Positions 61,701 through 64,000 of a stretch of DNA of 64,000 nucleotides are shown here, piece by piece; positions within the stretch are counted from its first letter, which is position 1, and each line of letters starts with the position of its first letter. The stretch is taken from NCBI GenBank assembly GCA_002269645.1, contig NIVC01000650.1, positions 62,001 through 126,000 of the forward strand, given 5' to 3'. Under the pieces are notes generated by a model, which saw only the letters and a program-made list of their open reading frames with translations, searched no databases and had not been told where the DNA came from. The position numbers and the translations under genes are program-made. This DNA is from Macrostomum lignano. Taxonomy: Eukaryota.

Positions 61701-64000
61701 ATGGAGACTGGGGGCTTCCCCAGGTGATGGAGACTGGACTTCCCCAGGTGATGGAGACTGGGGGCTTCCCCAGGTGATGGAGACTGGGGACTTCCCCAGG
61801 TGATGGAGACTGGGGGCTTCCCCAGGTGATGGAGACTGGGGGCTTCCCCAGGTGATGGAGACTGGGGCTTCCCCAGGTGATGGAGACTGGGCTTCCCCAG
61901 GTGATGGAGACTGGACTTCCCCAGGTGATGGAGACTGGGGGCTTCCCCAGGTGATGGAGACTGGGGGCTTCCCCAGGTGATGGAGACTGGGGGCTTCCCC
62001 AGGTGATGGAGACTGGGCTTCCCCGGGTGATGGAGACTGGACTTCCCCAGATGATGGAGACTGGGCTTCCCCAGGTGATGGAGACTGGACTTCCCCAGGT
62101 GATGGAGACTGGACTTCCCCAGGTGATGGAGACTGGGGCTTCCCCAGGTGATGGAGACTGGGGGCTTCCCCAGGTGATGGAGACTGGGGGCTTCCCCAGG
62201 TGATGGAGACTGGGGGCTTCCCCAGGTGATGGAGACTGGGCTTCCCCAGGTGATGGAGACTGGGCTTCCCCAGGTGATGGAGACTGGACTTCCCCAGGTG
62301 ATGGAGACTGGACTTCCCCAGGTGATGGAGACTGGGGCTTCCCCAGGTGATGGAGACTGGGGGCTTCCCCAGGTGATGGAGACTGGGGGCTTCCCCAGGT
62401 GATGGAGACTGGGGCTTCCCCAGGTGATGGAGACTGGGCTTCCCCAGGTGATGGAGACTGGGCTTCCCCAGGTGATGGAGACTGGACTTCCCCAGGTGAT
62501 GGAGACTGGACTTCCCCAGGTGATGGAGACTGGGCTTCCCCAGGTGATGGAGACTGGGCTTCCCCAGATGATGGAGACTGGGCTTCCCCGGGTGATGGAG
62601 ACTGGGGGCTTCCCCAGGTGATGGAGACTGGGCTTCCCCGGTGATGGAGACTGGACTTCCCCAGATGATGGAGACTGGGCTTCCCCAGGTGATGGAGACT
62701 GGACTTCCCCAGGTGATGGAGACTGGGCTTCCCCAGATGATGGAGACTGGACTTCCCCAGGTGATGGAGACTGGGCTTCCCCAGATGATGGAGACTGGGC
62801 TTCCCCAGGTGATGGAGACTGGGGGCTTCCCCAGGTGATGGAGACTGGGGGCTTCCCCAGGTGATGGAGACTGGGCTTCCCCAGGTGATGGAGACTGGGG
62901 GCTTCCCCAGGTGATGGAGACTGGGGGCTTCCCCAGGTGATGGAGACTGGGGGCTTCCCCAGGTGATGGAGACTGGACTTCCCCAGGTGATGGAGACTGG
63001 GGGCTTCCCCAGGTGATGGAGACTGGGGGCTTCCCTAGGTGATGGAGACTGGGGGCTTCCCCAGGTGATGGAGACTGGGGGCTTCCCCAGGTGATGGAGA
63101 CTGGGGGCTTCCCCAGGTGATGGAGACTGGACTTCCCCAGGTGATGGAGACTGGGGGCTTCCCCAGGTGATGGAGACTGGGGCTTCCCCAGGTGATGGAG
63201 ACTGGGGCTTCCCCAGGTGATGGAGACTGGGGGCTTCCCCAGGTGATGGAGACTGGGCTTCCCCAGGTGATGGAGACTGGACTTCCCCAGGTGATGGAGA
63301 CTGGACTTCCCCAGGTGATGGAGACTGGGCTTCCCCAGGTGATGGAGACTGGGCTTCCCCAGATGATGGAGACTGGGCTTCCCCAGGTGATGGAGACTGG
63401 GGGCTTCCCCAGGTGATGGAGACTGGGCTTCCCCGGGTGATGGAGACTGGACTTCCCCAGATGATGGAGACTGGGCTTCCCCAGGTGATGGAGACTGGAC
63501 TTCCCCAGGTGATGGAGACTGGACTTCCCCAGGTGATGGAGACTGGGGGCTTCCCCAGGTGATGGAGACTGGGGGCTTCCTCAGGTGATGGAGACTGGGG
63601 GCTTCCCCAGGTGATGGAGACTGGGCTTCCCCAGGTGATGGAGACTGGGCTTCCCCAGGTGATGGAGACTGGGCTTCCCCAGGTGATGGAGACTGGACTT
63701 CCCCAGGTGATGGAGACTGGACTTCCCCAGGTGATGGAGACTGGGCTTCCCCAGGTGATGGAGACTGGGCTTCCCCAGATGATGGAGACTGGGCTTCCCC
63801 AGGTGATGGAGACTGGGGCTTCCCCAGGTGATGGAGACTGGGCTTCCCCGGTGATGGAGACTGGACTTCCCCAGATGGAGACTGGAGACTGGGCTTCCCC
63901 AGGTGATGGAGACTGGACTTCCCCAGGTGATGGAGACTGGGCTTCCCCAGATGATGGAGACTGGACTTCCCCAGGTGATGGAGACTGGGCTTCCCCAGAT
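55731..64000 (+). repeat. 24-26-bp satellite (gatggagactgg[g/a][g][g]cttccccaggt), more than 8.2 kb, running off the window
   Basis: Tandem units read directly; variants differ mainly in G-run length. Confidence 0.99.

Noticed and set aside
55731-64000. METGLPQV / GDGDW repeat ORFs and a possible CRISPR array
   Set aside because: Pure tandem satellite with frame-breaking G-run variants; no unique spacers and no cas genes
55731-64000. Massive NF-kB binding platform controlling the cGLR
   Set aside because: The match is a short degenerate consensus inside a satellite, and I cannot establish that this organism has NF-kB; kept only as a caveated remark

Overview
Metazoan, intron-containing genomic DNA; the short GT-AG introns, GC-rich exons and minisatellite-filled introns suggest a free-living flatworm such as Macrostomum, which is an inference only. 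Genes I could assemble by hand with phase-consistent splice sites are: mitochondrial phenylalanyl-tRNA synthetase FARS2 (+, 3 exons); an orphan single-pass membrane protein (+); a KDM7/PHF8-family JmjC histone demethylase (+, at least 8 exons) followed by a C2H2 zinc-finger exon; calmodulin (-, 2 exons) followed by a second, divergent copy of its exon 2; an intronless SoxB1-type gene (-); and a gene of about 1,350 aa on the minus strand joining about 19 ankyrin repeats to a Mab-21/cGAS-like nucleotidyltransferase (cGLR) with an intact catalytic triad and one 1-nt frameshift. The cGLR gene is the most interesting locus. Mobile DNA includes several hAT-like non-autonomous elements (two with perfect 8-bp TSDs), a decayed piggyBac nested in a hAT-like element, a CMC/EnSpm-like element, a CORE-SINE, a foldback element and a possible Tc1/mariner fragment. 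More than 15 distinct tandem arrays are present, and the last 8.3 kb is a single 24-26-bp satellite. No CRISPR, rRNA or true tRNA genes were found.
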